A DNA stretch of 64,000 nt from Amoebidium appalachense (taxonomy: Eukaryota > Protista > Ichthyosporea): assembly GCA_963693365.1 (NCBI GenBank), contig CAVNZM010000001.1, forward strand, positions 18,856,125-18,920,124, given 5' to 3'. This document shows, piece by piece, positions 38,100 to 51,168 of this stretch. The translations under genes and the position numbers were made by a program. Every line of letters begins with the position of its first letter. Within the stretch, counting starts at the first letter, position 1. The notes below the pieces were generated by a model, which made no database searches, was not told the DNA's origin, and worked only from the letters and a program-made list of their open reading frames with translations.

Positions 38100-39129
38100 A
38101 ACCTTCTCCCCCTTCCCCAGGCAACCAACCAACCAACCTACCAACCAACCACCCGCCCACCCATTACCCACCGGCTTTCTTTCCGCTCTGCTCCCCACCG
38201 ATAACCATAACACAAGCCCGAAGGTTTCTTTACTCGGTGAAGACCAGACCCCCCCCCCCCCCCCCCCCCCCCCTCCCTACCCCCTTCCTCCCTCCCCCCC
38301 TTTCCCAGGGGACCCCCTCCCATCTGAGGCAGAATTTGGAGGATAAGTTTTGCTTTACATTTAGACCACGGGGCAAGAGTGGAAACGGAAGTGGGGGGGC
38401 AGGTTGGGGTAGATGGTATGAAAAGGTGGGATGGGGGGAGCAGGCGTGTTAAAGCAGGTCGGGACAAGTGAGGGGATACGGTTGGGAGAGGAGGGAGGGA
38501 GTAAGGAGTGAGGGGGGGGGAGGGGGGGGGGAGAGGGCTGAAGGAGGGAGGGAGGGGGGGGTAACCTTTACCGAATATTGGAGGCGGGGCAAGCAGGCTG
38601 GAACGTACGAATGTGGCATTTTAGGGTGAGGGTGGGGAGGGGAGGGGGGGACAATGCAACTTGGCAAGGGTAAGTTGGAGCCTGGGTTATTGGCCGGAGG
38701 GAAAGAGGAACACACGTTAGAAGTTACGAGCAGGGGGGTTTTTGGGAAGGGGGGCGGCAGGTGAAGGGTGTTTGTGGGCAGACCGGGCTGGATTACTTAC
38801 AACTATCGGTGTATGTATTTATCTTTTGGCCGTGTCCAGTACGGTAACCGTTGTGCTGCAATACGTGCCTCTTCCCCAATAATTCCTTCTCCCTCCCCCC
38901 TTCCCCTCCCCTACTCCCCGGTCTCTCTCTCTCTCTCTCTCTCTCTCCCCCCCCCCCCCCCCCCCCCCCCTCTCCGATAACCCGCCCTTCCCCCCCCCTC
39001 CCCCCCCTCCCCACCTCTCCCTGAAACGTCCGAAATAATGAGTGCTTGGGAATGGAAGAGAATCTGAGCTGCCCTATTGAATTTTTTTTTAATGTGCACA
39101 TGCGTGTGTGTGTGTGTGTGGTGGTGGTA

Positions 39130-39174
<45 letters not shown>

Positions 39175-40036
39175 GGGGGGGGGGGGGGGGGGGAGGGGAG
39201 GAGTGGGGTAGGACGAAAGGGTCAAGGGAAGAGGAGTAATGGCGAGGGTGGAATGGTGGGGGCCTCAGGGCTGTGGGGCGGGGATGCCCACGAGGGGGGG
39301 GGGGGAGGGGGGAGGAGGCGAGGAAAAGGGGGGGGGGGGGGGGAGGATTTAAAGTGATGAACGGTGAATCTAGGGAAATATTGGTAGCAAACAGTCTGTT
39401 TGCGCCCATTTTGGTTTCGGCCTTATTTTTTTTCTTGAAAGGGAAACCATTAATAGGTCCCCCTGTGGTTGACACATTCACAGCCACAACTTTGTGCATT
39501 CACCCCCAGCTGATTTCACTCCCGTCAGTTGGGTGACCACTCATACAACATACATGCCACTATGGTGGTTGCAGCTCATAAAACCTGCGCTTAAGGTGGC
39601 GGCTACTTATGGCATTCATAATCGTTAAGAGGCCACCCACAACAAACGCTGAAAAAACCTTGCCCGACCCCGACCACACCCGGACCCCATCCCCTCTTCC
39701 CCCCCTTCACCAGCCAACCAACCATCAAACCACCCGCCCACCCATGACCCACCTGTTTACTCTCCGCTGTGCTCTCCACCAAGAGCCACAAACAAAGCAC
39801 ACTTTTTCACTGGGTTAACACCCCCTCCCCCCCCTCCCCCCCCCTCCCCCCCCCCCCCTTTCTTTCTTCGGCATAAAGGGGTGGAGAGGGTTTCACGTTT
39901 GGTAGGGAGGGGAGGGAGTAAGATGGGTCTTGAGTTTGTTGGTGAGCCATTACACTTGCATACACAAAATACAGCTATTCTCAGTAGCCTTAGCCATTCC
40001 CCCCTAACCTCCCACCCTCCTTCCCCTCCTCCCCCC

Positions 40037-40072
<36 letters not shown>

Positions 40073-40828
40073 CCCCCCAAAAAAAACAAAGAAAAAAACA
40101 AAAACAATTGAGTGCTTAAAACATACAGAAGTGAACACTTTTTAAAAGCTTGTTTTTTGTTGGGGGGGGGGGGGGGGGGGGGGGGGGGCAATAGCGAGGG
40201 CGGAATGGCGGGGGCCTCAGGGCTGTGGGTCAAGGACATCAGCACGGGGGAGGGGGGATGAGGGGGGGGGGGGGGGGGAGGGGGATAGAAAGAAATTTGA
40301 AGTGATGAACGGAGCTCCAGGGACTCTACATTAGCAGCAAACAGATCTAAGGGCATCCATCACGGTCTAGGTCTTACTCAGTTTGGTTTTTTTTTGCCAA
40401 CTAACCATCGATAAGCCGCCCAGTGGTCGACAAATTCTGTCCCACAATCACAGCCACAGCTTTGTGTAATCACCACCAGCTGTTTTGACCCCCATCAGTC
40501 GGAAGACCACCCACACAAGATGCACACCACTATGGTGGTTGCAGCTCCATCATAATGTTGTTGGCTGCTTTGAGCTACCACAGGCTTTCGAAGGTCACCC
40601 GTTACAGATGCTGAACTACCTTACCTTCCTTCCCCCCCCCCCCACCCCCCCCCCTTCCCCCCCCCCCCCCCCCTCCCCCCACCCCCCCCCCTCCCCCCCA
40701 CACACACTCCTCCCCCTCCTCAACCAACTTGTAACCACCGAACCACCCTTCCCCCACCCTTCCCCCACCTACTTTTAATTACCCCCCCACCAAAAAACCA
40801 CAACACAGGTGCACGCTTTTTCAGCGCG

Positions 40829-40890
<62 letters not shown>

Positions 40891-41890
40891 GGTGGATACA
40901 CATTTATTATCAAACCCCTCTAAGCACCCCCCTCCCCTCCTCCCCCTGATGCGCCCCCCCCCCCCCCCCCCCCCCCCCTCCACCACCACCAACCCCACCA
41001 CCACAACTACCACCCCACCTTTCCCAGAAACCACCCCCTCCACTGCCGTTCCCTCATTCCGGGCTATCGGATAATCCCGTCCACACTTACATGAGTTTGT
41101 AGTTTGGCCTCGGAACAGGTGGTAGATTGAGGAGGACAGAATCTGCTTTGCACTCAGAGCAGGAGAGGGAGGGGGAGGTGGGTGGGAAGGTTGGGGTAGA
41201 TGGTATGAAAAGAGAGGGTGGGGGGAGCAGACGTAGTAAAGCAGGTTGGGACAAGTGAGGGGGTGCGGGTGGGAGGGAAGGGAGGGCATTAGGGGGGGAC
41301 GGGAAGAGGGAGGGAGGGAGGGGCTGTGTGTCTGTGTGTGTGTGGGGGGGGGGGGAGAGGGGGGGTCTCATAGGAGGGGGGTGGGTGGGGGGGTGGGTGG
41401 GGGGGGGGGGGGGGGGGGGGGGGGGATGCAACTTGGCAAGAGCCCGGGGTACTGGCCAGAGGGAAAGAGATGCACAAGTAAGAGATTCAAGCAAGGGTTT
41501 GGGTTGGGGGTGGAAGGCGAAGGGCTGTTTGGTGGCAGACCGGGCTGGAATAAGTGCCACAAGCGAATAAATACAAGTTTGATCGCTGGATGTGTTTATC
41601 CTCGGGCCATGTCCTGTGCTGTAACCGTTGTGCTGAATTAAGTGCCTCTTCTCCAATATTTCCTTCCCCCCCCCCACCCCCCCACCCCCCCTTCCTTCCC
41701 CCCATACCCCCCGGCCCTCCCCCCCCCCCCCCCCCCCCCCTCTCCTCCTTCTCCGATTACTCCCCCCCCCCCCCCCCCCCTCTCTGAAACATCCGCAATA
41801 ATGAGTGCCTGGGAATGGAAGAGAATCTGAACTGCCCATTTGATTTTTCCTGTATGTGAACGTGTGTGTGTGTGTGTGTGGTAGTGGTAT

Positions 41891-41939
<49 letters not shown>

Positions 41940-42650
41940 GCGAGGGGGGGGAGGAGAGGAGTAGGAGTCGGGTAGGACGAAAGGGTCAAGGGAAGATTAG
42001 TAATGGCGAGGGTGGAATGGTGTGGGCCTCAGGGCTGTGGGGCGGGGTGTTCACCCCGGGGGGGGGGGGGGGGGGGGGGGGGAAGGCGGGGGGGGGGGGA
42101 AGGGGGGGGGGGGGGGGGGGGGGGGGAGGGGGAGGGGAGGGAGGGGGAGACGAATTTGCAGGTGATGATAGGAGAATCTATGGGAATATCAGTAGCACAG
42201 TCTGTTTGCGCCTATTTTGGTTTCGGCCTTATTTATTAATTCCTAAGAGGGAAACCATCAACAAATCCCTCAGTGATTTACACATTCTGTCCCACAATCA
42301 CGGTCACGGTTTTGTGCACTCACCCCCAGCTGATTTCACTCCCGTCAGTCGGGTGACCACTCACACAAGATGCATGCCACTATGGTGGTTGCAGCTCATT
42401 GAATTTGCGCTTAACGAGGTGGCTACTTAAGGCAACCATAATCGTTAAGAGGTCACCCACAATAAACACTGAACAATCCTTGCCTGACCCCCCCCCCCCC
42501 CCCCCCCCCCCCCCGTCCTCTCCCCCCACCTTCTCCCCCTTCCCCAGCCAACCAACCAACAACCACCCACCCACATCACCCACCCGCTTTCTCTCCGCTC
42601 TGCTCCACACCATCAACCACAAACACAAACACACTATTTTCACTAGCTTA
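36870..42650. repeat. Complex diverged tandem repeat (~1.0-1.9 kb units) with four copies of a conserved ~110-nt core
   Basis: Core CACAATCA..TTTGTGCATTCACCCC..TTTCACTCCCGTCAGTCGGGTGACCAC..GCCACTATGGTGGTTGCA at ~37860, 39475, 40440 and 42290. Block AAGCAGGTYRGGACAAGT at ~37032, 38452 and 41238. Segment 38760-39440 is paralleled by 41520-42240. Confidence 0.85.
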
Positions 42651-42997
42651 ATGCATATTCCCCCCACCCCCCTTCCCCCAGTTTCTTGGGCAGGAGGGGG
42701 TGGAGGGGGGTTCACGTTTGGTGGGAGGGGAGTGGGGAGGAATGAGGAATTTTGAGCTTCTTATTGAGTCAATATGTATGCATACACAAAGACATTTCCC
42801 AACAGCCCTTTCCATCCTCCCCTCCCCCCCCCCCCTCCCTCATTCCCCAGTCCCACCCCAGCTGCCAATATTCACCGTGAGTGCACACTACCCACCATAC
42901 ATGCGGAGCAGACACAGGACACTATCACAGGCCAAATGGAAGCAAAACACACTCTTCTTTTACTCGCTGTTAGCCAGACGGTGAAATTCCAGGGGTT

Positions 42998-45900
42998 TTA
43001 TTTTTGCGTCAGGTCTGCTTGGGTAAGAGTGACGGTCTCCCCAGACCACCTATCCACCTGTGCCTCTCCCGTGGGCCCCTGAACATTTATGAGCACCCCC
43101 TTCCCCGATGTGTTATTTTCTAATTTGCAAGTCCCCTTAAACACTATAGAGCCCCCATTCACCAATGCCCCAGAACTTGACCAAGCGTCAAACACAGAGC
43201 CAGTTGTGCGACATGCGTTCTCCACAAACTCCGCATCCACAATAATTTTCCCTCCGACAATATTGCTGGCTACAGCACCCCCCCGACCTTCGGGGGCTGT
43301 ATTTTGGTAAAACCGACCACCGATATTTGCCTCTCCATATACCCTCTCGAGCCATGCCGCCCCTCCCCGCGACCCCCATCCCAACTCCCTTGCACGATTT
43401 CTCTCAAAGTTTGAGTCGAGGGTGAGTCTAGCCCCTTGGTCTATGGTGAAGACATGGAACGCACCACCAGCAGTTGCGACGTTTTCGGTAAATTCGTTCC
43501 CAGTAACGGTCATCTCACTTCCATCACGCAAGAAATTCACCATAAGAGCACCCCCAAGACTATGTTTGTACAGAAATTGGTTCCCCGTAAATTGTGAATT
43601 TCGCACAACCATGGGTCCAAACACCTCGCGCACCCACACCGCCCCACCACCACCCCACATGTAAATCTGTTTGTCGCCATCCATATAGTCATTCACCATA
43701 TTGTTCTCAAACCGACATGAGTCTATGGTGATTCCCGAAGTTCGCCCAATGAAGAACACAGACCCCCCTCGGGCGCTTGTGACGAAATTTCTGAAGGTGC
43801 AGTTGTAGGCGTTCAAATTTACGGTTGTTGTGGCGTTTGGGGTTTCTTGTTCCGTCCCTAAATCGGGGGAGCGAAGAACCGATGCATCGCCATCCCCAAC
43901 TCTTTCAAACACCAAATTTCTTAGCGTTACCGTTTGTCCATCTCCATTCGCCCTGAAAATTCCGCCCCACGCCGAATTCATGGTTGTGGTTATTTTGATT
44001 GGCTGTGTGCTGTTGGGGTTTCCTATTATGGTAAGGTCGTGTGCAAATGGGATTTCGCTGTCCACTTTAACCTCTGGTTCTCGTATGTAGAGGCTGGCCT
44101 TTGGCTGGGAGGCAGCAATGGCTGAAGAAAGATCTCGGTAGCAAACCTGTGCCAAAAAAAAAAAAAAAGAAGAAGAAGAAGAAGAAGAAGGAGGAGGAGG
44201 AGAGGGGTTGGGCAGGGGATAAATGGGTTGGGTTCCCTCCGGGTGGGGGAGCGAGGGGGGGAGGGGGGAGGGGGGGGGGGGGGGGGGAGGAAGGGGGGAG
44301 GGATGGGTGAGTATGAAGAGCTAAACGGCGAGAGTGAGGAGTGGTTTACGAGTGACATGTCACACCAGCTGTTGGGGGGGAAGGGAGGAGGGGGAAGGGT
44401 TGGGGGGGGGGGGGGGAGGGGGGGGGGGGGGGGGATGGACTCGAAAATGAAGGGAAAGGGTGCCGGACATACAGTGAACAGAGTGCAGCAGGCAGAAAAC
44501 ATGGCAGTTAGAGGTTCTGATATCACTGCAAAATCCGAGCTATGGTGGAGTCGGTGTTTATAGAAAGACGGTAGCCTGAAGTTGCACCTCCGAAGCACGT
44601 GAGCAAAAAAACTGGGAATATTTACACAAAAGTGTAATGAAAGATGAAAATAGCCCCCAAAAATAATAATCCAGAGGTGTAAGGGCATTGTTCATCCCTC
44701 TCCCCCCCCCCCCCCCCCCCTCCCTCCCCCTCCCGTCCTCCCTTTTTTTTTTTTTTTTTTTTTTTGAAAACTCTTTTTTGCATTTTTTTTTTTTTTTGGG
44801 AGGGGGGGGGGGGGGGGGGGGGGGGGGGAGGAGAGGGCATTCTGTGTGCCACACACGGACTGGGTGTGCTTGTGTGCGTGCGCGTGCGCGTGCGTGCAAT
44901 GGTGGTTGTATTGCAGGGGTAGGGGGAGGAGGGAGAGGGGTGCGAGCTGACAAATCTAGATGATTGAGATTCGTAGGTTGAGGCAGGCGATAAGGTCAGT
45001 CTTAACAAGGCTAGAGAAAAATCTGGCGGGGTATGGGATGCATAATTTGGGTGCACAAAGAGTGTGTGTATGTGATTGGAGTGGGGATGGAGGGGTAGTG
45101 CTAGTCTAGGGGACGGGGGGGGGGGGGGGGGGGGGGTGGAGAGGAAGGAGGGGAATGGGTGGGTGGGTGGGTGGGCCGGGGGGAGGAAGGGGGGGGGGGG
45201 GGGGGGTCGCACCGGTGGAAAGGGGAGTGGGGGGTAAAGGGGGGAGGGAGGGGAGGCAGGGGAGAAGGATGGGAGTGCTTACCATTTCATTGGACACTGC
45301 ACACGGGGTGTCCAGACATGTGCCGTTGAGCTGCAGCCAATAGCCATCGTCGCATGCCTTGCACGTGACCAAATCACCTGTGCACGTGTACGTGCGGCAG
45401 TTGGGAGGACGGCGGGACTCACAGCCATGGGTGGTGTTGTTGGTAGGCGTTGGGGGGATGACCTCGGTGGTGGGATTGGCATGATGGTTGTTGGATTTGG
45501 ACCTAAGGCCAAGGGGGAGACCAACCTGTGTGGGGGTGACATACCGTGAATGGTGAGGGGGCAGATGCCATGGGCAATCGAGAAAGAGTCTCATTCCAGA
45601 TATTCATAGATGCGTTCAAGACCCCCCCCCCCAAAAAAATTGCTAAAAACCGCATTATTATCAACTTGCCCAGTGCAAGGGCGAGTCTCACATTCGTCAC
45701 ACGCACATACTGATTGTCAATTCTTGTCCGCGTCAAGAGAACTAAGGGTGATTACATGCACAGTTGTTCTGTTAACATTTACTTGGGCTCGTAATGATCC
45801 CCAGTTGTACGTATCCCAGGGATTATAAAAATCCCAATTTGAGCTTATAATGATCCCAGTCGTACACATACACACATGCATATATGCATTAAATAACTGT

Positions 45901-46153
45901 ATCCTACCAACTAACGTTAGTTTCCAGCATCCTTTTTAAGTATGCATGCTCTAGTGGGTTACACAGAACTTCGAATCTCTGTTTTACCAGAGGGTGTGTA
46001 TCAGTTACGGAAACCCACCCCAAGTCCGACGACCAGAGCAATCATCAGGGCCAGAGCCGTGAGCCCAGCAGCCAGCCTTCTGCGTCTCGTTTGCAGGCAC
46101 CCGTGGGGCTTACCACCCACAGACCCATCCTCGGCATCCAATCCGTTGGCCAT
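42998..46153 (-). CDS. Type II membrane protein with Cys-rich (EGF/furin-like) module and pectin-lyase-like right-handed beta-helix; 3 exons, ~508 aa
   Basis: Exons 46153-46019, 45525-45283 and 44146-42998 (GT-AG, phase 0). RRRR followed by a hydrophobic anchor; CKACDDGYWLQLNGTC; repeated FxxN and GGA(V/L/F) motifs as in polymorphic membrane protein-type beta-helices. Confidence 0.8.
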
Positions 46154-46986
46154 ACTGAATGTTCAGCCTAGGCCTTAGGCTATAGATGATTTGAAAGCCG
46201 GTACTTTTTGGGAGCCTAGCATAGCTAGTATGTTGTATTTTGAAAAGCTTACAAGTTATGCTTTTTGTGATGGAACCAAGCTAATATTCCACTACTACGA
46301 CCGGCCCATTTATTGTTATTGTTTAACGAGCCTGGCCAGAGGCCTGGAGGACCCTCGCAAGTGACAAAGGAACGTGTTTAACGGTAATCGATTGCGGTGT
46401 TCTATGCGCCGCAATAATTCTGACATTAATATTTCACAAAATCTTGCCCTTTACAGCTGTACTTTGGAGAGGGCACGCGGATATGGGGTCCATGAACGCA
46501 TGGTACACCCATGTCACGCTATCTCTACGCGGCCGGAATACCCGGGCCCCCAAAACGTACTCATGCTGACAGGTCATGAGTCAATAATTGCATCGTGCAA
46601 AGCGATGCCCGTTATGTCCTCCCATGACATATTTGCAGGTACAATACAACCAGATATGTAGACGGAAGAAAATACTATAGAAGGGCGCAGTGGACGTGCA
46701 CAGCGCGGTCAGGCTTGGATCAGTACCGGTGGGGTAGGTTGGGGTCACGGAAGGCCGCAATCCAGATCTGCTCCCAGTAGATCTATTTGGATCTATTTAT
46801 CCAATAGAACAACTTCATGTATAAGCCAATAGGAAGCGACTACAGCCGCACCGCCTCCTGCACGGTGCACGTGAATCTCCGAGCCACCATGGCCGGTAAC
46901 GCGCGTGTGTGTACGTGCGTGCTCGCGATCGTGTGTGCGTGTGTGCGTGTGTGTATTTGTGTGCGTGTGTATTCGTGTGTGTTTAA

Positions 46987-47730
46987 GAGCGTGTTTGGCA
47001 GCGCAGTTATATCGTCTTTTCATCGTATTCGTCTTTTCGGCCTAAAGACGAATACGAATATGTCTCCTGCCCAGGTTTCAATTTGCGCTCTAAATACGTA
47101 TTTTCGAAAATCACCTCCGAGTCCGGAGGTGATTTTCGAAAAGACGACATAACTTTAAGCCAATCATAAGTGACATGAGCATCTATTGGATCACTCTGAT
47201 CCAATCCAATGTTTGCACTGCAGTGCACCTTTTATGGTTATTATGTTTTGGTATTGGTGGAAATTGGGTCAGTGTCTGTTCTTTTCCCCATAATACTTTT
47301 TTACAACAGAAATAAAGAACAAATATTGTCATATATGCCAAAATATCTAGATATTTTTTTCCATATAAAACAGGAAAAAAAACACGTCCCATGTTGACTT
47401 CAATTACACTTCGAGGTAATAAATGTATTATTTTTGGTTTACACCCCTTCGCCCAATCCAACATCTGAAACATACACTTTTCGCATTCCACTGATCAAAC
47501 GTAAATACGATCAAGCGGGCTCAACTTTCGTGTTTAGGCGTGGTTGGTACGCCATAAGGGGTTTACACACTTTTTATTGCGTGGACACTGCCGGAGGCCC
47601 AGCCACATTCGACGGCATAATCGTGTTTCAGCCCTAAATACGCATACCACGAAATAATTTTATAAACACGATTGATCGTCTTTTCGCCATAAATACGAAT
47701 ACGCTTTTTGGAGGGTTGCCAAACACGCCC
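46987..47730. mobile_element. PIF/Harbinger (Tourist-like) MITE
   Basis: TIRs GAGCGTGTTTGGCA / TGCCAAACACGCCC (1 mismatch); TAA TSD at 46984-46986 and 47731-47733; subterminal AAATACG / CGTCTTTTCG repeats. Confidence 0.85.
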
Positions 47731-48041
47731 TAATTGTCACATGTGAACGTATACGGGTCATTTTTGGTGCGCACTTGTCTGTGTGTGTGTGTGGAAATTT
47801 GTGCACTCATGTGCCCGGCGTCGACGGTCACGCTTTTTTAATACGCTCACGGTGTGCATACATGTGTGTTTGTGTGTGTGTGTACAGTGTGTCTGTGTGA
47901 ACTATGGTGTGGGCACATGCGTGTCTCAGGGTGTGCGTGCGTGGTGCTTGTGTGCTTGGCGGAAGAGCGGGTGGGCGGACACGTTCATGTGTGCATGCGT
48001 GAGTGCATGTGCGTGTGGTGCGTGTGCGTGTGTGTGTTTAT

Positions 48042-48332
<291 letters not shown>

Positions 48333-48487
48333 GTTTCTGCCACATGTTTTGAGTGGGTGTCTAGGGGTGGTGGGAGGGGAGAGGGGGGCGTGATTGTGTG
48401 CGCATGTGTGTATGCGTCTGGGTGTGTGTGTGGGTGTTTGTGTGTGTGACACTGTGTATGTTTGTGTGTGTTTGTGTGTGTGTCACA

Positions 48488-48529
<42 letters not shown>

Positions 48530-49259
48530 CTGTGTGTGCGTGTACGCGTGTGGGTGCGCGCTTGACTCTAGTGTTGGTGTGTGGGTGTGTGAGTGAGTGC
48601 TGCGTCTGTGCGTGTGCACGCGTGTGTGTGTGTCACGATGTGTGTCACACAGTTTGCCCTTGTGCGTGCAGGTGCACGTGTATTCATATGTATGTCTGTG
48701 TCATTTTAAACGGTACCAGTATACGTATACCAGGTTGCTTTGGAAATAATCCGACACTTCTACTATAATAGTTTACAATTGATAAGGCCGGGAGCCAGAG
48801 TGAGACTCCGGGGCTCCTGTGGGGAAGGGGTCCGGAGTGGGGGGAGGAGGGGGTGGGGGTGGGGGGGGGGGGGGGGGGGGGGAGGCGGGGGCACTCTTGG
48901 GATTAAAACAACATAAATATGACATTGGCACGTCGCTATTTCCCCACATGCCTTCTATCTTCCCCTAGTTGAGCAGCCCAAGTAGGGAAAGAGAGAGAAA
49001 CTGTGTGCCTGCCTAAATTTGATACCGGTTGTGGTTGTGTCTGTCTTTGTATTGCTCTTCGTGGTGTCTATGAGCACCCGGCCGTCCAAGAGCTCTTTTC
49101 TCGTGTGTAGTTCTTGCAAAGAAGGTGGGTACGCTACCCTTTGCCGATTATATTTAGAACCAATAACGGAACCTATATTCGCGGAGACAATGCTTACCAG
49201 ACCAAGGTTGAAACAAGCACCGTGACGTTTTGTAGTTAGCTCAGGAGCCTTCTTTTGAC

Positions 49260-49311
<52 letters not shown>

Positions 49312-49369
49312 ACACACCACACACAAACACACGCACGCACACACGCACACACAAACACACACACACACA

Positions 49370-49418
<49 letters not shown>

Positions 49419-49849
49419 ACACACACCCACACACACTCGCCCACACACACGCACTCTCACACACACACACGCACACACACACACACATACAGGGAACATC
49501 CGGGTCCCACTCTCAGCCTGGATTCCTTATCGATGGTCCATGACGGTTACTAGTTTTCTGTAGCATCCCCCCCCCCCCCACCCCCCACCCCCTCCCCCAC
49601 CTACACACACATATACACCACCTTCCCACTCCAATTTGATTTTTCACTATTTTCAGTTGTAAACAAAGGGTAGTCTACCAGGGTGACAATATACAGGTCT
49701 GTGCGGGGGGAATTCAATGGAATATGCGCTGAGTGGTGGCATTGTGCACGTGTGTGTGTTTGTATGTGACTGTGACAAAGTTCTCGTTATTGCTGGTGCT
49801 TGTGCACCCATATTTTGGAGTACCCGGTTGATTCTCACACTATGTGGAG

Positions 49850-49886
<37 letters not shown>

Positions 49887-50346
49887 TTCCCCGATGTTCT
49901 TTCTCAAGGCTCCCGTTGCTACTGCTGCTGCCACCTTGGAGTATGCAGATTACTTGTCGTCACACAACGGCATGCACCTTGTCATACTATAGTGCCCTTG
50001 GGCGAGTTATTGTCTGACTCACCTCAACGGTGCGTGTACATGATGGCTGTGTGTTGTTGTGGTTGCTGCCAGTTAAGTTAAACAATTTATACCGAGAAAA
50101 AATACCTGTCGTTTTTTTTTCCCCCTATAGTCAGCAATAGCCAGAGTTTTCAGTTGGTTTTCACTAATCACAACTTAGCCAGGAACAACTATTTCGCAGA
50201 TCTCGAGATACTTTTACCGATTCGAAAGGCAATGGTTTACAGATTATGATGCATAACAACTTGAGGATATCCATTTGATCTGGTGCGTTTCACGGTGTTT
50301 GTGTTTGTGCTTGTGTGGTGTGTATGTGCGTGTTTGAGTGTGTGTG

Positions 50347-50394
<48 letters not shown>

Positions 50395-50470
50395 CGTCAC
50401 GTGTGTGCACGCGCGCGTTCATGGGTGTGTACACTGAGACGTGTGTGTGCGTGTGTGCGCATGATGTGTG

Positions 50471-50627
<157 letters not shown>

Positions 50628-51168
50628 TTTTCAGTCTCACAAAGGACAACTGTGGATATTTCGTGGGCATTTGCACAACGACCAGGAGGTTTGCACATAT
50701 GCACATCTCGTGTAGTGACGATGTGCATTAGAAGTATAAATTTCAAAATTGATAACACCGGTCTAGCCTACTCGGGTATTACACACCGTGCAATGTCCGA
50801 CGCACATGTGCCATCAGGATACCCACTCAACTTGCATCATCAAGTCACGACATCCATAATTTTTTCAATGATTCTTCTTTTGTTGTACTCGGAGCCTCGG
50901 CAAGAGGATTCACCCTAGCCTATTTAGCTTTTTAAAGGCCTAGGCATCACGGTACGCTACTGCTAAGCCACGTAATGAAAAATTCTCATCGACAATGATT
51001 GATTTTGTACAGTTAGTCCTTGTGGTAGCAATTACGGTCATTCAAAAGAGTTAACATCCCAGATTTACTCACAAGCTAGGATTGACTTACACAGCACTAG
51101 TAGCCTAAGGTAATGATTTCTTGGCATGGTCCCATAACATACGCACAAACTCAGAGTTCATAAAACGA

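Noticed and set aside
39500-39535. Hammerhead (CTGACGG..GAAA, minus strand) or U1 loop II (ATTTCACTCC) look-alikes in the repeated core
   Set aside because: The hammerhead consensus CUGANGA is not met and copy 1 reads CTCACGG; no U1 5' end or Sm site nearby
44945-45035. Possible degenerate duplicate of the start of beta-helix exon 3 inside intron 2
   Set aside because: Similarity by eye is weak and short; cannot be distinguished from chance without alignment statistics
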